A program made the position numbers and the translations under genes. Under the pieces are notes generated by a model. The model saw nothing but the letters and a program-made list of their open reading frames with translations. It was not told the origin of the DNA and did not search any database. From contig CAXXWC010000021.1 of NCBI GenBank assembly GCA_963668645.2, positions 1,024,001 through 1,088,000 on the forward strand: a stretch of 64,000 bases of DNA, given 5' to 3'. Source of the DNA: Desulfobacterales bacterium. Lineage in GTDB: Bacteria > Desulfobacterota > Desulfobacteria > Desulfobacterales > UBA2174. Below, one piece after another: positions 1 to 10,135 of this stretch. How positions within the stretch are numbered: position 1 is the first letter of the stretch; each line of letters starts with the position of its first letter.

Positions 1-1572
1 GATTTCGACGGTACCCTGACCTGCCCCGGGGCCCTCGATTTTGCCGCCGTGCGCCGGGAGATCCAATGCCTGGCGGACCGACCGGTCCTCGAATTCATCC
101 AAAGCCTGCCGAGCGCCGAGGCCCGGCGCCGGGCCCACGAAATCCTCGATGCGCACGAGGCCGCCGCCGCCGCCGCTTCGCAGCCGGCCCCCGGCGCCGA
201 ATCGCTCGTTGCCTGGCTGGCCGCCCAGCGCATCCCTTGCGGCATCCTGACGCGCAACAGCCGCCGCTCCGTCCAGCGCGCCCTGGGCAATTTCGACGCG
301 ATCGGCGTCGAGAATTTCGCCGTCATCGTCACCCGTGAATCGCCGGTGGCGCCCAAACCGAGCGGAGACGGCGTTCTGCTGGCCGCCGAACGGCTTGGCA
401 TTGCACCGGAGCGGATTCTGGTGGTGGGCGACTTTGACTTCGACATGGAAGCCGGCCGCCGGGCCGGAGCGCTGACCGCTCACGTGGGCGGCGGCGACCG
501 GGTGCCGCCGTGCGATTTTCCCGTCGCCGAACTTGCGGCTCTCCAAGACGTCATTCGCATGGGGTTGCCGCTGACGCCGGGCAAGCTGCCCAACGATCTT
601 CTCGAACGTTTTCTGGCCGATTTTCAGGTGGCTGCCGATCCGTCGCTCATCGTCCAGCCGGGAATCGGCCAGGACACGGCGGCGGTGGCCATCGACGGCA
701 CCGACACCTTGGTGCTGACATCGGATCCGATCACCTTCGCCACCGACCGCATCGGCCACTATGCCGTTTTGGTCAACGCCAACGATATGGCCACCTCCGG
801 GGCAATCCCGCGCTGGCTGCTCGTCAGCCTGCTGCTGCCGCCGGGGACCACTCCCAGCCAGGTGCGCCAGATAATGCACGAGCTGTGCGAAACCTGCTCC
901 CGCCATGGAATCGTCCTTTGCGGCGGGCATACCGAAATCAGCGACGCCGTCACCCGGCCGGTGATCAGCGCTACCATGACCGGAACCGTGGCGCGCTCCG
1001 CCCTGATCGAAAAGCATGCCATGACCCCCGGAGACCGGATCCTGGTGACCAAGGCTGTGGCGGTGGAAGGCACGGCGATCATCGCCCGCGAACGCGGCGC
1101 CGAGCTGCTGCAACGGGGCCTGGAAAAGGAAGTCCTCCAACGGGCCCAAGCCCTGATCGAACAGATCGGGATTTTGGATGAGGCCCGGATCTGCGTTGAT
1201 TCGGGCGCGGTGACGGCGCTCCATGATGTCACCGAGGGAGGGCTGGCCACGGCTGTCTACGAATTGGCAGCCGCAGGCGGATGCGGGCTGGACATCGATA
1301 TGGACCGGATTCCGCTCTTCGAGGAAACCCGGCGCATTTGTGCGCTGATGGGGATCGATCCCCTGGGGCTTATCGGATCGGGAAGCCTGCTGATATGCTG
1401 CCGGCCGCAGTCCGCCGCGGCCTTGGTCGAGAGGATTACAGCGGCCGGGATTCGCGCAACCCCCATCGGCACGGTGACCGACGCCCACGCCGGAGTGCAC
1501 GCCACGGCCCTGGGCCGCCGTACCGAATGGCCCTGCTTCGAAGTGGATGAAATCGCCCGCCTGTTCGCCTGA
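1..1572 (+). CDS. HAD-family hydrolase fused to AIR synthase-like (PurM/HypE/ThiL fold) domain; 5'-truncated
   Basis: Frame is open from base 1 and reads DFDGTLT (HAD motif I), then LTRN, KP and GDFDFD (motifs II-IV). The C-terminal half has GKL, PGIGQDTAA, SDPIT, NANDMATSG, GGHTE and HDVTEGG, typical of AIR synthase-related proteins. Confidence 0.85.
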   Translation, partial: DFDGTLTCPGALDFAAVRREIQCLADRPVLEFIQSLPSAEARRRAHEILDAHEAAAAAASQPAPGAESLVAWLAAQRIPCGILTRNSRRSVQRALGNFDAIGVENFAVIVTRESPVAPKPSGDGVLLAAERLGIAPERILVVGDFDFDMEAGRRAGALTAHVGGGDRVPPCDFPVAELAALQDVIRMGLPLTPGKLPNDLLERFLADFQVAADPSLIVQPGIGQDTAAVAIDGTDTLVLTSDPITFATDRIGHYAVLVNANDMATSGAIPRWLLVSLLLPPGTTPSQVRQIMHELCETCSRHGIVLCGGHTEISDAVTRPVISATMTGTVARSALIEKHAMTPGDRILVTKAVAVEGTAIIARERGAELLQRGLEKEVLQRAQALIEQIGILDEARICVDSGAVTALHDVTEGGLATAVYELAAAGGCGLDIDMDRIPLFEETRRICALMGIDPLGLIGSGSLLICCRPQSAAALVERITAAGIRATPIGTVTDAHAGVHATALGRRTEWPCFEVDEIARLFA

Positions 1573-1601
1573 GAACCTGGAACTTACTCCGCCACGGCCC
1601 G

Positions 1602-2228
1602 CTAGCGCATCAGGCCGCGTCCGAAAATCTCAAAGGCCGTCTCCAGGGTCTTGGCCAGAAAATCCTTGCGATCGTCGATGATCCGCTTGCTCGTATTCCA
1701 GAGGATGACTCCGGAAAAAAGGGCCCAGAAGATATCGGCCAGGGCGGTTGGGTGCCGATCGATGAAAGCCCCCTTGCCGATCCCCTCTTCGAATACCGCC
1801 GAAATCGCCCCGATGGATTGACGTGAAAGGGTTTCGATCTGCTCCAGCAATTCCGGGGAAAGGTTTTTCAAGGTTTCGCTGGACTGGAGATGAAACATGT
1901 TGATCAAGATCAGCGGATCGAAGGCGTAGACATCGTACATGGCCTCGATCAGGGCCTTGAGCTTGCGCGCCGGCTCGACCGACTCGTTGTTAACGTGTTG
2001 AACACGGATGTGCAGGTACTGCAAAATCCGCAGGGAGAGCGAGGCGTACAGCTCTTCTTTGTTTTTGAAATAAAGGTACAGCGTTCCGGGGCTCAGTTCG
2101 GCTTCCTTGGCGATATCCTCCATCGTGGCCCGGTTAAACCCTTTTTCACTGAACACCCGCTTGGCCGCGACGATGATCTGCTGGCGCCGCCGCTCCTTTT
2201 CCCTTTCCTTGCGTTCTTGAATTCCCAT
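1602..2228 (-). CDS. TetR/AcrR family transcriptional regulator
   Basis: N-terminal HTH AAKRVFSEKGFNRATMEDIAKEAELSPGTLYLYFKNKEEL. Confidence 0.95.
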   Translation of the reverse strand: MGIQERKEREKERRRQQIIVAAKRVFSEKGFNRATMEDIAKEAELSPGTLYLYFKNKEELYASLSLRILQYLHIRVQHVNNESVEPARKLKALIEAMYDVYAFDPLILINMFHLQSSETLKNLSPELLEQIETLSRQSIGAISAVFEEGIGKGAFIDRHPTALADIFWALFSGVILWNTSKRIIDDRKDFLAKTLETAFEIFGRGLMR

Positions 2229-2285
2229 GCCAAATCATTCCTGAATATAATTTATAAGAAAAATCAAACTCCAATAAATGCAGGA

Positions 2286-2314
2286 TCTATAATTAAGAGT
2301 TTTGATTTGGTCAA
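2286..2314 (-). promoter_or_regulatory. Putative sigma-70 promoter of the tetR gene
   Basis: Minus strand reads TTGACC-N17-TATAGA in an AT-rich intergenic region about 60 bp upstream of the start. Confidence 0.55.
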
Positions 2315-2433
2315 GAGAAATGTCGTACTGCAGCATATGATGGGGCGAACCAGAGGAATAGATTAACCATGCTCTGAGGATTTTCAACTGCCATTATAGA
2401 AAAATTTATCGCGGGGGATCGGCCGGTTCCGGT

Positions 2434-3339
2434 TCAAACGGTCTCGGGGGCCGGCAGGCACAAACGGTCCATGAGCCGGTCCTTTTCCTGCCACAAGTCG
2501 TTGAGCCATTCCTGGAACTGCTGGCGGAAGTCGGAGTCCTGAAAATAATCGCCGATCAAAGCGCTACCCACCGGAAGGGCCCGCACGGCCACCTTGACCT
2601 CCCGTATCCGGCCGCAAAGAAAGGCCCAAAACGACTTGGAACCCGGCGGATAAACGATGGTCACGTCCAGGACCCGATCCATTTGCCCGCCCATGGCCGA
2701 AAGGACGAAGGCCGCCCCACCGGACTTGGGCCGCAGCAGATGGCGGTACGGCGAGTTCTGGCGGTCCTGCTTGGCCCGGGTGAAACGGGTTCCCTCGACG
2801 AAATTCATCACCGTGACCGGCAACTGCCGAAACTTTTCACAGGCCCGCTGGGTGGTCTTTAGATCGCGTCCCTGAAGGTGGGGCTTGCGCGCCAAAAGCC
2901 GCTTGGAGTAACGCTTCATAAATGGGAAATCGAGGGCCCACCAGGCCAACCCGAGCACCGGCACCCAGATCAGCTCCCGCTTGAGAAAAAAGGTCAGAAA
3001 AGGAATGCGGCGGTAAAAAACCCGCTGCAAAACGAGGATATCGACCCACGACTGGTGGTTGGCCAGCACCAGATACCATCCGCGGCGCTTGAGTTCAGGA
3101 AACTCGGAGATCTGAAATCGCACGCGGGCCACCAGACGCTGGTTGAGATTGTTGCAGCCCACCCAGGCCGTGGCGATGGCGTGCAACACCCGGTTGCAGC
3201 AGCGGCGCCAGGCGGCCACGGGCACGATCAGCTTCAACAGTGCCACCGGAAAGAGCATGCTGCACCACCAAAGGGTGTTGAGCAGGTAGAGCAAAAAGCT
3301 GGCCGCGCCGCGCAGGTAACTTATGGTTGCCGAGATCAT
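2434..3339 (-). CDS. PlsC/YihG-like acyltransferase
   Basis: NHQSWVD (HX4D), FFLKRELIWVP and NFVEGTRF motifs. Confidence 0.9.
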   Translation of the reverse strand: MISATISYLRGAASFLLYLLNTLWWCSMLFPVALLKLIVPVAAWRRCCNRVLHAIATAWVGCNNLNQRLVARVRFQISEFPELKRRGWYLVLANHQSWVDILVLQRVFYRRIPFLTFFLKRELIWVPVLGLAWWALDFPFMKRYSKRLLARKPHLQGRDLKTTQRACEKFRQLPVTVMNFVEGTRFTRAKQDRQNSPYRHLLRPKSGGAAFVLSAMGGQMDRVLDVTIVYPPGSKSFWAFLCGRIREVKVAVRALPVGSALIGDYFQDSDFRQQFQEWLNDLWQEKDRLMDRLCLPAPETV

Positions 3340-3564
3340 CCCCGATCACTCCAGAGTTTTGAATTAACCGCACCGGTGACTCTAAAAAGTTGAGTCGCTA
3401 CCATAGCTTATCCTTGCCCACCGCCGCCAGAGTGCCAACCGTCTTTTACAATACTTTTACCTTGGACAAGTTTCGCCGCCGTCTGTTTGCCTTTCACCGC
3501 TTCCCGGTGGCATAGTAGCCTGCAATCGGCCCCACGATAACGCCACTGACAGAGGTTAGCCGCC

Positions 3565-4542
3565 ATGTTCCGCCTACCCCAATGGTTTTTGCACCCCATC
3601 GTCGTTTTCGTCTTTTCGATCCTGGCGCTGGGGTTGTCTCTCTTTTTGTACATTTACTGGTACATCGAGGTCAGCGCCGGACTTCGCAGCGTGGTACACC
3701 GGTTCCAGCTCGATCGCAAGCAGGTGTTCGAGCCCCAGACCTGGATCGTGATCCTGGTCCTGTCCCTGTTGGTCGCCATCATCCTGCTGGGCATCTTTAT
3801 CATCTTCATTTACAGCCAAAAGGCGTTGCGCCTGTACCGGATGCAAAACAATTTCATCAACAGCTTTACCCATGAGTTGAAGACCCCGGTCACCAGCCTC
3901 AAGCTCTTTTTGGAGACTTTCCTCAAGCACGATCTTGGCCCTGCCGAGCGACAGCGCTGCCTCGGTTACATGCTCGCCGATATCGGTCGCCTGGGCGACA
4001 CGATCAATCGGATCCTCGATCTGGCGCGCATCGAAAGCAAAAGCTATGTGGGCGAATTCGTCACCGCCGACCTTCACGCCGAGGTAAAACGTTTCTTCGA
4101 TGCCCACCGCGACGTTTTCGCACCGGCTGAAATCGTCGTGGGTCAACCGCCCGCCACCGCCATGCAGGTGCGTGTCGACCGGGCCCTTTTCGATATGGTG
4201 CTGATGAATCTGACAACCAATGCCCTCAAGTACAACCGCTCGAATCCCGCCCGTATCCAGATCGAGTTTTCCCAAACGCGACGCTGGCTTCAGGTACGGG
4301 TTGAAGACAACGGAATCGGCATTGCCCACGGAGAACTCAAACGGATCTTTCGCAAATTCTACCAGAGCGGGCATTCCGAAAATATGTCCGCCAAAGGCAC
4401 CGGACTCGGACTCCATCTGGTCCAACTCATCGCCCGCATGCATCGCGGCCGGGCACACGCCGAAAGTGCGGGGATCGGTCAGGGAGCCAGCCTGGTCTTG
4501 TCGCTGCCGCCGGCTCTGGAGGAAAAACCAAAACCAAATTAA
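3565..4542 (+). CDS. Membrane sensor histidine kinase (two TM helices, short loop)
   Basis: Two hydrophobic helices; H-box FTHELKTP, N-box NLTTNALKY, DNGIGI and GTGLGL. Confidence 0.93.
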   Translation: MFRLPQWFLHPIVVFVFSILALGLSLFLYIYWYIEVSAGLRSVVHRFQLDRKQVFEPQTWIVILVLSLLVAIILLGIFIIFIYSQKALRLYRMQNNFINSFTHELKTPVTSLKLFLETFLKHDLGPAERQRCLGYMLADIGRLGDTINRILDLARIESKSYVGEFVTADLHAEVKRFFDAHRDVFAPAEIVVGQPPATAMQVRVDRALFDMVLMNLTTNALKYNRSNPARIQIEFSQTRRWLQVRVEDNGIGIAHGELKRIFRKFYQSGHSENMSAKGTGLGLHLVQLIARMHRGRAHAESAGIGQGASLVLSLPPALEEKPKPN

Positions 4543-4634
4543 AAAGCAGCTTTTTTTAAGTTTGTCGGCTCTGTGCCTTTGTGGTAACTGAAAACGCTGG
4601 TTATAAGGTTATCGCCCGAAACGCTGGATTTGCC

Positions 4635-5354
4635 ATGCTGTCGAGTGCCAAAAGGATTCTTGTCGTTGAAGACGAGGTGCACATTGCCGAAGGGCTGCGC
4701 CTCAACCTGACCCTGCAGGGCTACATTGTGGAGCTGGCCGGCACCGGGGCCGAGGCGATCAACGCCTGGAATCACCACCGGGCTGACCTGGTGCTGCTCG
4801 ATATCATGCTGCCGGGCATCGACGGGTTGAGCGTGCTGGAAAGCATCCGGCTTCAGGACGAACGGGTACCGGTCCTGATTCTTTCGGCCAGAGGCGCCTC
4901 GGAGGACCGGGTCAAGGGCCTGTCCACGGGAGCCGACGATTATCTACCCAAACCCTTCAATCTCGACGAACTGCTGCTGAGGATCGAACGCCTCCTGGCC
5001 CGGGCCAGTTGGGCACCGCCGGAGACGCGGGACGAACTGCCGAAAATTTATGTTTTTGGCGACAATCGCATCGATTTTTCCACCGCCGAAGCCCAGTGCC
5101 GGCAGGGCCAGGTGCGCCTGACGGATCAGGAACTCAAACTGCTCAAGCTCTTTGTACGCTTCCAGGGCCAGCCCCTGTCGCGGCATAAAATCCTCCAGGT
5201 CGGCTGGGGCTACAGTGGCCGCATGACCACACGCACCGTGGACAATTTCATCGTACGTTTTCGCAAGTACTTCGAAATCGACCCGCGCCACCCGCGCCAC
5301 TTCAAAAGCCTGCGCGCCGTAGGCTACCTCTTCGACCCCCAAGGCCTCGAATAG
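4635..5354 (+). CDS. OmpR/PhoB family response regulator
   Basis: Receiver VVEDE, LLDIMLP and KPF plus winged helix TRTVDNFIVRFRKYFE; ATG at 4635 preferred over GTG at 4581. Confidence 0.93.
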   Translation: MLSSAKRILVVEDEVHIAEGLRLNLTLQGYIVELAGTGAEAINAWNHHRADLVLLDIMLPGIDGLSVLESIRLQDERVPVLILSARGASEDRVKGLSTGADDYLPKPFNLDELLLRIERLLARASWAPPETRDELPKIYVFGDNRIDFSTAEAQCRQGQVRLTDQELKLLKLFVRFQGQPLSRHKILQVGWGYSGRMTTRTVDNFIVRFRKYFEIDPRHPRHFKSLRAVGYLFDPQGLE

Positions 5355-5637
5355 TCTCAAAATCCGAACAAAATGGACCCGACTTTGAAGCCCCTCTCAC
5401 ATCAGGTGCGATACGGGCCGTTATGAATCGGCGGGTGGGGGCCGGCAGCCCTTCCAGGCATGTCATCATTCTTGTTTTTTTCAGCCATTTATGATTGTAT
5501 TGAACGCCAATCAGCGCCTGACGAAATCTCACGAGGGTCATCTGCCGGCATCGTCAACCTGGGAAGGTGCGGTGGCCTGGTTCTTTGTCGTATGAAGCGG
5601 CTTGAAACACAAACCCTTCACCCTCTAGCGTGCGCTT

Positions 5638-7137
5638 ATGAGTTCCGATGATGGCCAGAAAAAAATCCTGCTGCAGGCTTTAGACGCCTTCAGGCACGAC
5701 GTAGTGATCATCTCTCCGGATTTTCGCATCGTGGCCGCCAACCGCCACGCCGAAGAGAAATGGGATGGCCGGATCATCGGACAGGTGTGCCACAGCCTGC
5801 TGTACCGCCGGGAATCGCCCTGCAACGCGTGTCCCGCGGTGGAGGTGATGCGCACCGGCCTGCCGGCCGAAATGAAGCAACGCTTAGCTGTCTATCAGCT
5901 GCCCCGCAGCGTCTCATGCTTTCCGATCTTCGCCCAGGATCGCATCGAGGCCCTGGCCATGGTTGACTATGACCTTTCGCGCATGACCAATCTGGAGGAG
6001 GGCTACCAGCGCGCCAACACCTTTCTGCGCAACACCTTGCTCAACGCCGTGGACGGAATCATCGCCGCGGATATGACCGGAAAGGTGATCATCTTCAACC
6101 AGGCCGCCGCCGAAGCGACCGGATACTCGATTGCCGAAGCCCTCGACGCCCTCTACATATGGCAGATCTACCCGGAAGACGGGCGTCAAAACGCTCGAGA
6201 AATCATGCGCCAACTGCGCGGCGAAAGCTATGGCGGCAAGGGCAAACTCAAGCGCTACCATATCGACATCGTCGGCAAGAACGGTGAACGGATCCCCATC
6301 AGTCTTTACGCCTCGATCATCTATGAAGAAGAAAGGGAAATGGCTACCATCGGTTTTTTTCACGACCTGCGTGAACGGTTGCGGATGAAGGCCGAACTCG
6401 AACGGGCCCAGGTCCAGTTGCTTCAGGCCGAAAAAATGGCCTCTCTGGGCAAACTGGCCGCCGGAGTGGCCCACCAGCTCAACAACCCGCTGGGCAGCAT
6501 CACCCTGTTTGCCCAGTTGATGATCGAGGAGCACGATCTTCCGGCCGCGGCCAGGGAAGATCTGCGCCGGATCATCCATGATGCCGAACGCTGCCGGGAC
6601 ACGGTGCGCGAACTGCTCGAGTTCGCCCGCCAGACCCGCCAGCAGATGCAGCCCCAGGACATCAACCGCGCCCTGTCACGCACGCTTTTTTTGCTTAAAA
6701 ACCAGTCCCTTTTTCAAAACATCGAAATCGCCTGCACCCTGAAAGAAGGTCTGCCGCCGGTGCGGGCCGACATTCAACAGATCAACCACCTGTTTATGAA
6801 TCTGATCCTCAATGCGGCCCAGGCCATGCGCAACCATGGCCGGTTGGGCCTCAAAACCCGCATGGCGCAGGATGCGACACAGGTGTGCATCGAGGTTTCC
6901 GACACCGGCCCGGGGATCGACCCGCAAATCCTGCCCCATATCTTCGAGCCTTTTTTCACCACCAAGGATCCGGGCGAGGGAACCGGTCTCGGTTTGAGCA
7001 TGGCCTATAGCATCGTTCAGAACCATGGGGGCCAGATCCGGGTTGAAAGTATCCCGGACCAGGGGACCACCTTCATCGTAACCCTGCCGGTGGCCGGTCC
7101 CAATAACAAAGGAGACTCAAGTGAGCCCATCGCGTAA
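5638..7137 (+). CDS. Cytoplasmic PAS-PAS histidine kinase (NtrB-like)
   Basis: Two PAS-like regions, [23 protein letters not shown]-box, DTGPGI, FFTTK, GTGLGL; no TM helix. Confidence 0.93.
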   Translation: MSSDDGQKKILLQALDAFRHDVVIISPDFRIVAANRHAEEKWDGRIIGQVCHSLLYRRESPCNACPAVEVMRTGLPAEMKQRLAVYQLPRSVSCFPIFAQDRIEALAMVDYDLSRMTNLEEGYQRANTFLRNTLLNAVDGIIAADMTGKVIIFNQAAAEATGYSIAEALDALYIWQIYPEDGRQNAREIMRQLRGESYGGKGKLKRYHIDIVGKNGERIPISLYASIIYEEEREMATIGFFHDLRERLRMKAELERAQVQLLQAEKMASLGKLAAGVAHQLNNPLGSITLFAQLMIEEHDLPAAAREDLRRIIHDAERCRDTVRELLEFARQTRQQMQPQDINRALSRTLFLLKNQSLFQNIEIACTLKEGLPPVRADIQQINHLFMNLILNAAQAMRNHGRLGLKTRMAQDATQVCIEVSDTGPGIDPQILPHIFEPFFTTKDPGEGTGLGLSMAYSIVQNHGGQIRVESIPDQGTTFIVTLPVAGPNNKGDSSEPIA

Positions 7138-8629
7138 CGGCCTGCCCCCCCATGTGTTGATCATCGACGACGAAGCCGGAATTCGGGAAGGTGCGGAACG
7201 CATCTTGCGCCGCATGGGATGCCGCGTCTCCCAGGCGGCCGACGGCACTGCGGGGCTTGCCCGGCTGGCAGAGGATCCGGCCGGAGTCATCCTGCTCGAT
7301 ATGAAGATGCCCGGAATCGACGGCATGGAGGTCCTGCAGCGCATCCGCCGGGATGATCCACGCAGCATCGTGATCGTGATCACCGGCTTTGCCACCCTGG
7401 AAACCGCGGTGGAAGCCATGAAACGCGGGGCCTACGACTTTATCCCCAAACCGTTCACGCCCGACCAGCTGCGCATCGTGGTCAACCGGGCCCTGGACAC
7501 GCTGCGGCTGCGGGAAGAAGCCGAGGCCATGGCCCGCGAGCGCGAACGGACCCTGGCCGACCTGAGCCAGGAGCAGAGCCGGCTGCGCACCATCGTGGAC
7601 TCACTGCCCAGCGGATTGCTGGTCACCGACGCCGAAGGCCGCCTGGTGCTGATCAATCCGGCCCTGCGCCGCATGCTCGATCTGCCGCCGGACACGGAGG
7701 TCGGCCGTCCCATCGGATCTTACATCGGCGATGAACCGTTCTGCAGCCTGGTGCTGGACATCTCCCGGGGCCGCCACATCGATGCCGAAGACATCCCGCC
7801 GTATGAATTTTCTCCCGGAGACGACCGTTTTCTCATGGCCCGCGGCCAACCGGTGCGCGGTGCACGCCGTGAATGCCTCGGGGCACTGGTCAACGTGGTG
7901 GACATCACCGCCATGAAGATCATCGATCGGCTCAAGAGCGAATTCGTGGCCAAGGTTTCCCACGAGTTGCGCTCGCCGCTGGCCACGATCCACGAACAGT
8001 TGGCCCGGGTTCTGAGCGATCTTCTGGGCCAGGTCTCGGAAGCCGATCAGCATCTGCTCAGCCGGGCCAAGGAAAAAACCCAGGGGCTGATCTCCCTGAT
8101 CGGGGACCTGCTGGATCTGTCGCGCATCGAGGCCGGGGCGGTCTGCCAGGAGATCAAACCGGTTCAGCTCCATCGGCTCCTGGCGGAAATCGTCGATTTT
8201 CTCCAGGCCCGGGCCCGGGCCAAAGGCCAGAGCCTCGAGCTGGCCCCCGGTCCCGAAGGGCTGCCGCCGGTCAAGGCCGATCCGCTGGTCTTGGAAAGCA
8301 TTTTCGGCAACCTGGTCACCAACGCGATCAACTATACTCCAGAGGGCGGCGCCATCCAGGTCCAAGTGGATATCGAAGGGCTGAACCTGCGGGTCGCAGT
8401 GCGCGACAACGGATTCGGCATCGAGGCGCGCTACCTGGAGCGGATTTTCGAACGCTTTTTCCGCGTCAAGAACGATCAGACCCGCTACATCACCGGCACC
8501 GGCCTGGGCCTGCCCATCGTCAAGGGCCTGGTCGATTCACTCGGCGGGTTGATCCGGGTGGAAAGCACCCCGAACGCGGGCAGCACCTTCACCGTGCTGC
8601 TGCCGGTTCGGCAAGGGGAAGGCGGGTAA
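7121..8629 (+). CDS. Hybrid receiver-PAS-histidine kinase
   Basis: N-terminal REC (IIDDE, LLDMKMP, KPF), PAS, H-box VSHELRSP, DNGFGI, GTGLGL; GTG start with GGAG RBS overlapping the upstream gene. Confidence 0.92.
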   Translation: MSPSRNGLPPHVLIIDDEAGIREGAERILRRMGCRVSQAADGTAGLARLAEDPAGVILLDMKMPGIDGMEVLQRIRRDDPRSIVIVITGFATLETAVEAMKRGAYDFIPKPFTPDQLRIVVNRALDTLRLREEAEAMARERERTLADLSQEQSRLRTIVDSLPSGLLVTDAEGRLVLINPALRRMLDLPPDTEVGRPIGSYIGDEPFCSLVLDISRGRHIDAEDIPPYEFSPGDDRFLMARGQPVRGARRECLGALVNVVDITAMKIIDRLKSEFVAKVSHELRSPLATIHEQLARVLSDLLGQVSEADQHLLSRAKEKTQGLISLIGDLLDLSRIEAGAVCQEIKPVQLHRLLAEIVDFLQARARAKGQSLELAPGPEGLPPVKADPLVLESIFGNLVTNAINYTPEGGAIQVQVDIEGLNLRVAVRDNGFGIEARYLERIFERFFRVKNDQTRYITGTGLGLPIVKGLVDSLGGLIRVESTPNAGSTFTVLLPVRQGEGG

Positions 8630-8641
8630 ATCCGGCAGGAA

Positions 8642-9505
8642 TCACTTTGCGGCCTCGCTTTCAAGCGCCTTGTGAAACTCCTCCACCGGCACCTCGATTC
8701 CGGTCCATAAAAAGAAGGTGCGCCGGGCCTGAAAGGCCAGAGTCGACCTGCCGTCGACGAAGTTGCACCCCTGCCTGCGAGCCGCGGCATGCCAGAAATT
8801 GGCCGGCCGATCCCAATTCAGATCGAAAACCAATTGGCAGTTTTCCAAGGCAAGCGCCTCCACGCACGCTGCCAGTTCGGGGCCGTCCTGGTGGCAGGAA
8901 ACGTCGGTGGCGTTGATCACGATATCGGTTTGGCGCGCCATCAGGCTCAGATCGTTCAAACCCGCCGCCAGCCCGCCGTTGGCCCCGACCAGACGCACGG
9001 CGGCGGCCCGATCCCGGCCGGCCACTACCACTTCGGCGGCCCGCTTCCAGGTAAGGATAAAGACCGCGGCCCGGGCCGCGGCGCCGGTGCCGAAAACCAG
9101 GGCGCGCCGGCCGCAGGGATCGAGGCCCTGGGCGTCGAGGGTTTCCATGATCCCGATGGCGTTGGTGTTGTAGCCTTTGAGGGTGCGCTCCTGGCGCACG
9201 ACGGTGTTGACCGCACCGATGATGTTGGCCCCTTCGGAAAGCACATCCAGGTGGCAAAGGACTTTCTCCTTGAACGGCGCCGTGACGCTGGCCCCGGCCA
9301 GATTGAGAATCCGCAGGCTGGCCACGGCGGCCCCCAGATCTTCGGGGGCCACCTGGAAAGGGACGCAGGCCCCGCGAAGGCCGACCCGGGCCATCACCCG
9401 GGTAAACAACCCCGGGCTGCGGTTGGCGTGGACCCGCCGATCACTTAAAACGCCGAATACGGGGGTCGCCGCGTCGAAACGTGCGCTGAAGACGGCCGCG
9501 TTCAT
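8642..9505 (-). CDS. Shikimate dehydrogenase-like protein with altered active site
   Basis: GASVTAPFK, IGAVNT, GYNTN (canonical NTD), FGTGAAARA and FQA; ATG at 9505 taken as start. Confidence 0.85.
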   Translation of the reverse strand: MNAAVFSARFDAATPVFGVLSDRRVHANRSPGLFTRVMARVGLRGACVPFQVAPEDLGAAVASLRILNLAGASVTAPFKEKVLCHLDVLSEGANIIGAVNTVVRQERTLKGYNTNAIGIMETLDAQGLDPCGRRALVFGTGAAARAAVFILTWKRAAEVVVAGRDRAAAVRLVGANGGLAAGLNDLSLMARQTDIVINATDVSCHQDGPELAACVEALALENCQLVFDLNWDRPANFWHAAARRQGCNFVDGRSTLAFQARRTFFLWTGIEVPVEEFHKALESEAAK

Positions 9506-9651
9506 GGTATCGCATCGCGCGGCATACGCCCCTGCCGGATCCCCTCGTTGCCGTCTGCAGCCTGTTAAGGGCATGCCGGATTGCAGCCGGCGCCGGCGGC
9601 GGGTGGCCGCTGTGGCCGGTGCGGTCGGCCGCAGCCACCCGCACCGGCTGT

Positions 9652-10041
9652 TTACATCCCGATCAGACGCTTGACACTGGAAGTGATTTCCTCGGCCGAT
9701 GCCGGTTTGGGCAGGTAATCATCGGCATCCATGCTCATTCCGTCGTAATGGGAATAGCGTGTCGAGGAGACATGCGAGGCCACGGCGGTCAGCATGACCA
9801 CCGGGATCTCCTTGAGCTGGGGATCCTGCTTGATCTTTTTGCAAACCGCATAGCCGTCCATTTCGGGCATCATCACGTCCAGCACCACCACATCCGGCGG
9901 ATTGTCGCGGATCTTGGCCAGCCCCTCGACCCCATCGTAGGCCACCTCCACCGCGAACCCTTCCTTTTCCAGGTCCCCTTGAACGATGGCGCAAAAATCC
10001 GGCTCATCGTCCACCAGTAAGATTCGCTTTTTCTCGGTCAT
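9652..10041 (-). CDS. Single-domain response regulator (receiver only)
   Basis: LVDDE, VLDVMMPEMDG, MLTAV and KP; 129 aa; AAGGAG RBS. Confidence 0.93.
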   Translation of the reverse strand: MTEKKRILLVDDEPDFCAIVQGDLEKEGFAVEVAYDGVEGLAKIRDNPPDVVVLDVMMPEMDGYAVCKKIKQDPQLKEIPVVMLTAVASHVSSTRYSHYDGMSMDADDYLPKPASAEEITSSVKRLIGM

Positions 10042-10135
10042 TGGATTTCTCCTTTACGGATTCAGGTTATGGAAATGGCGAAAACGGCTGGAACGCCCCT
10101 CCGCAATTTAGCGATTGATTAGTATAGCCGTTTCG

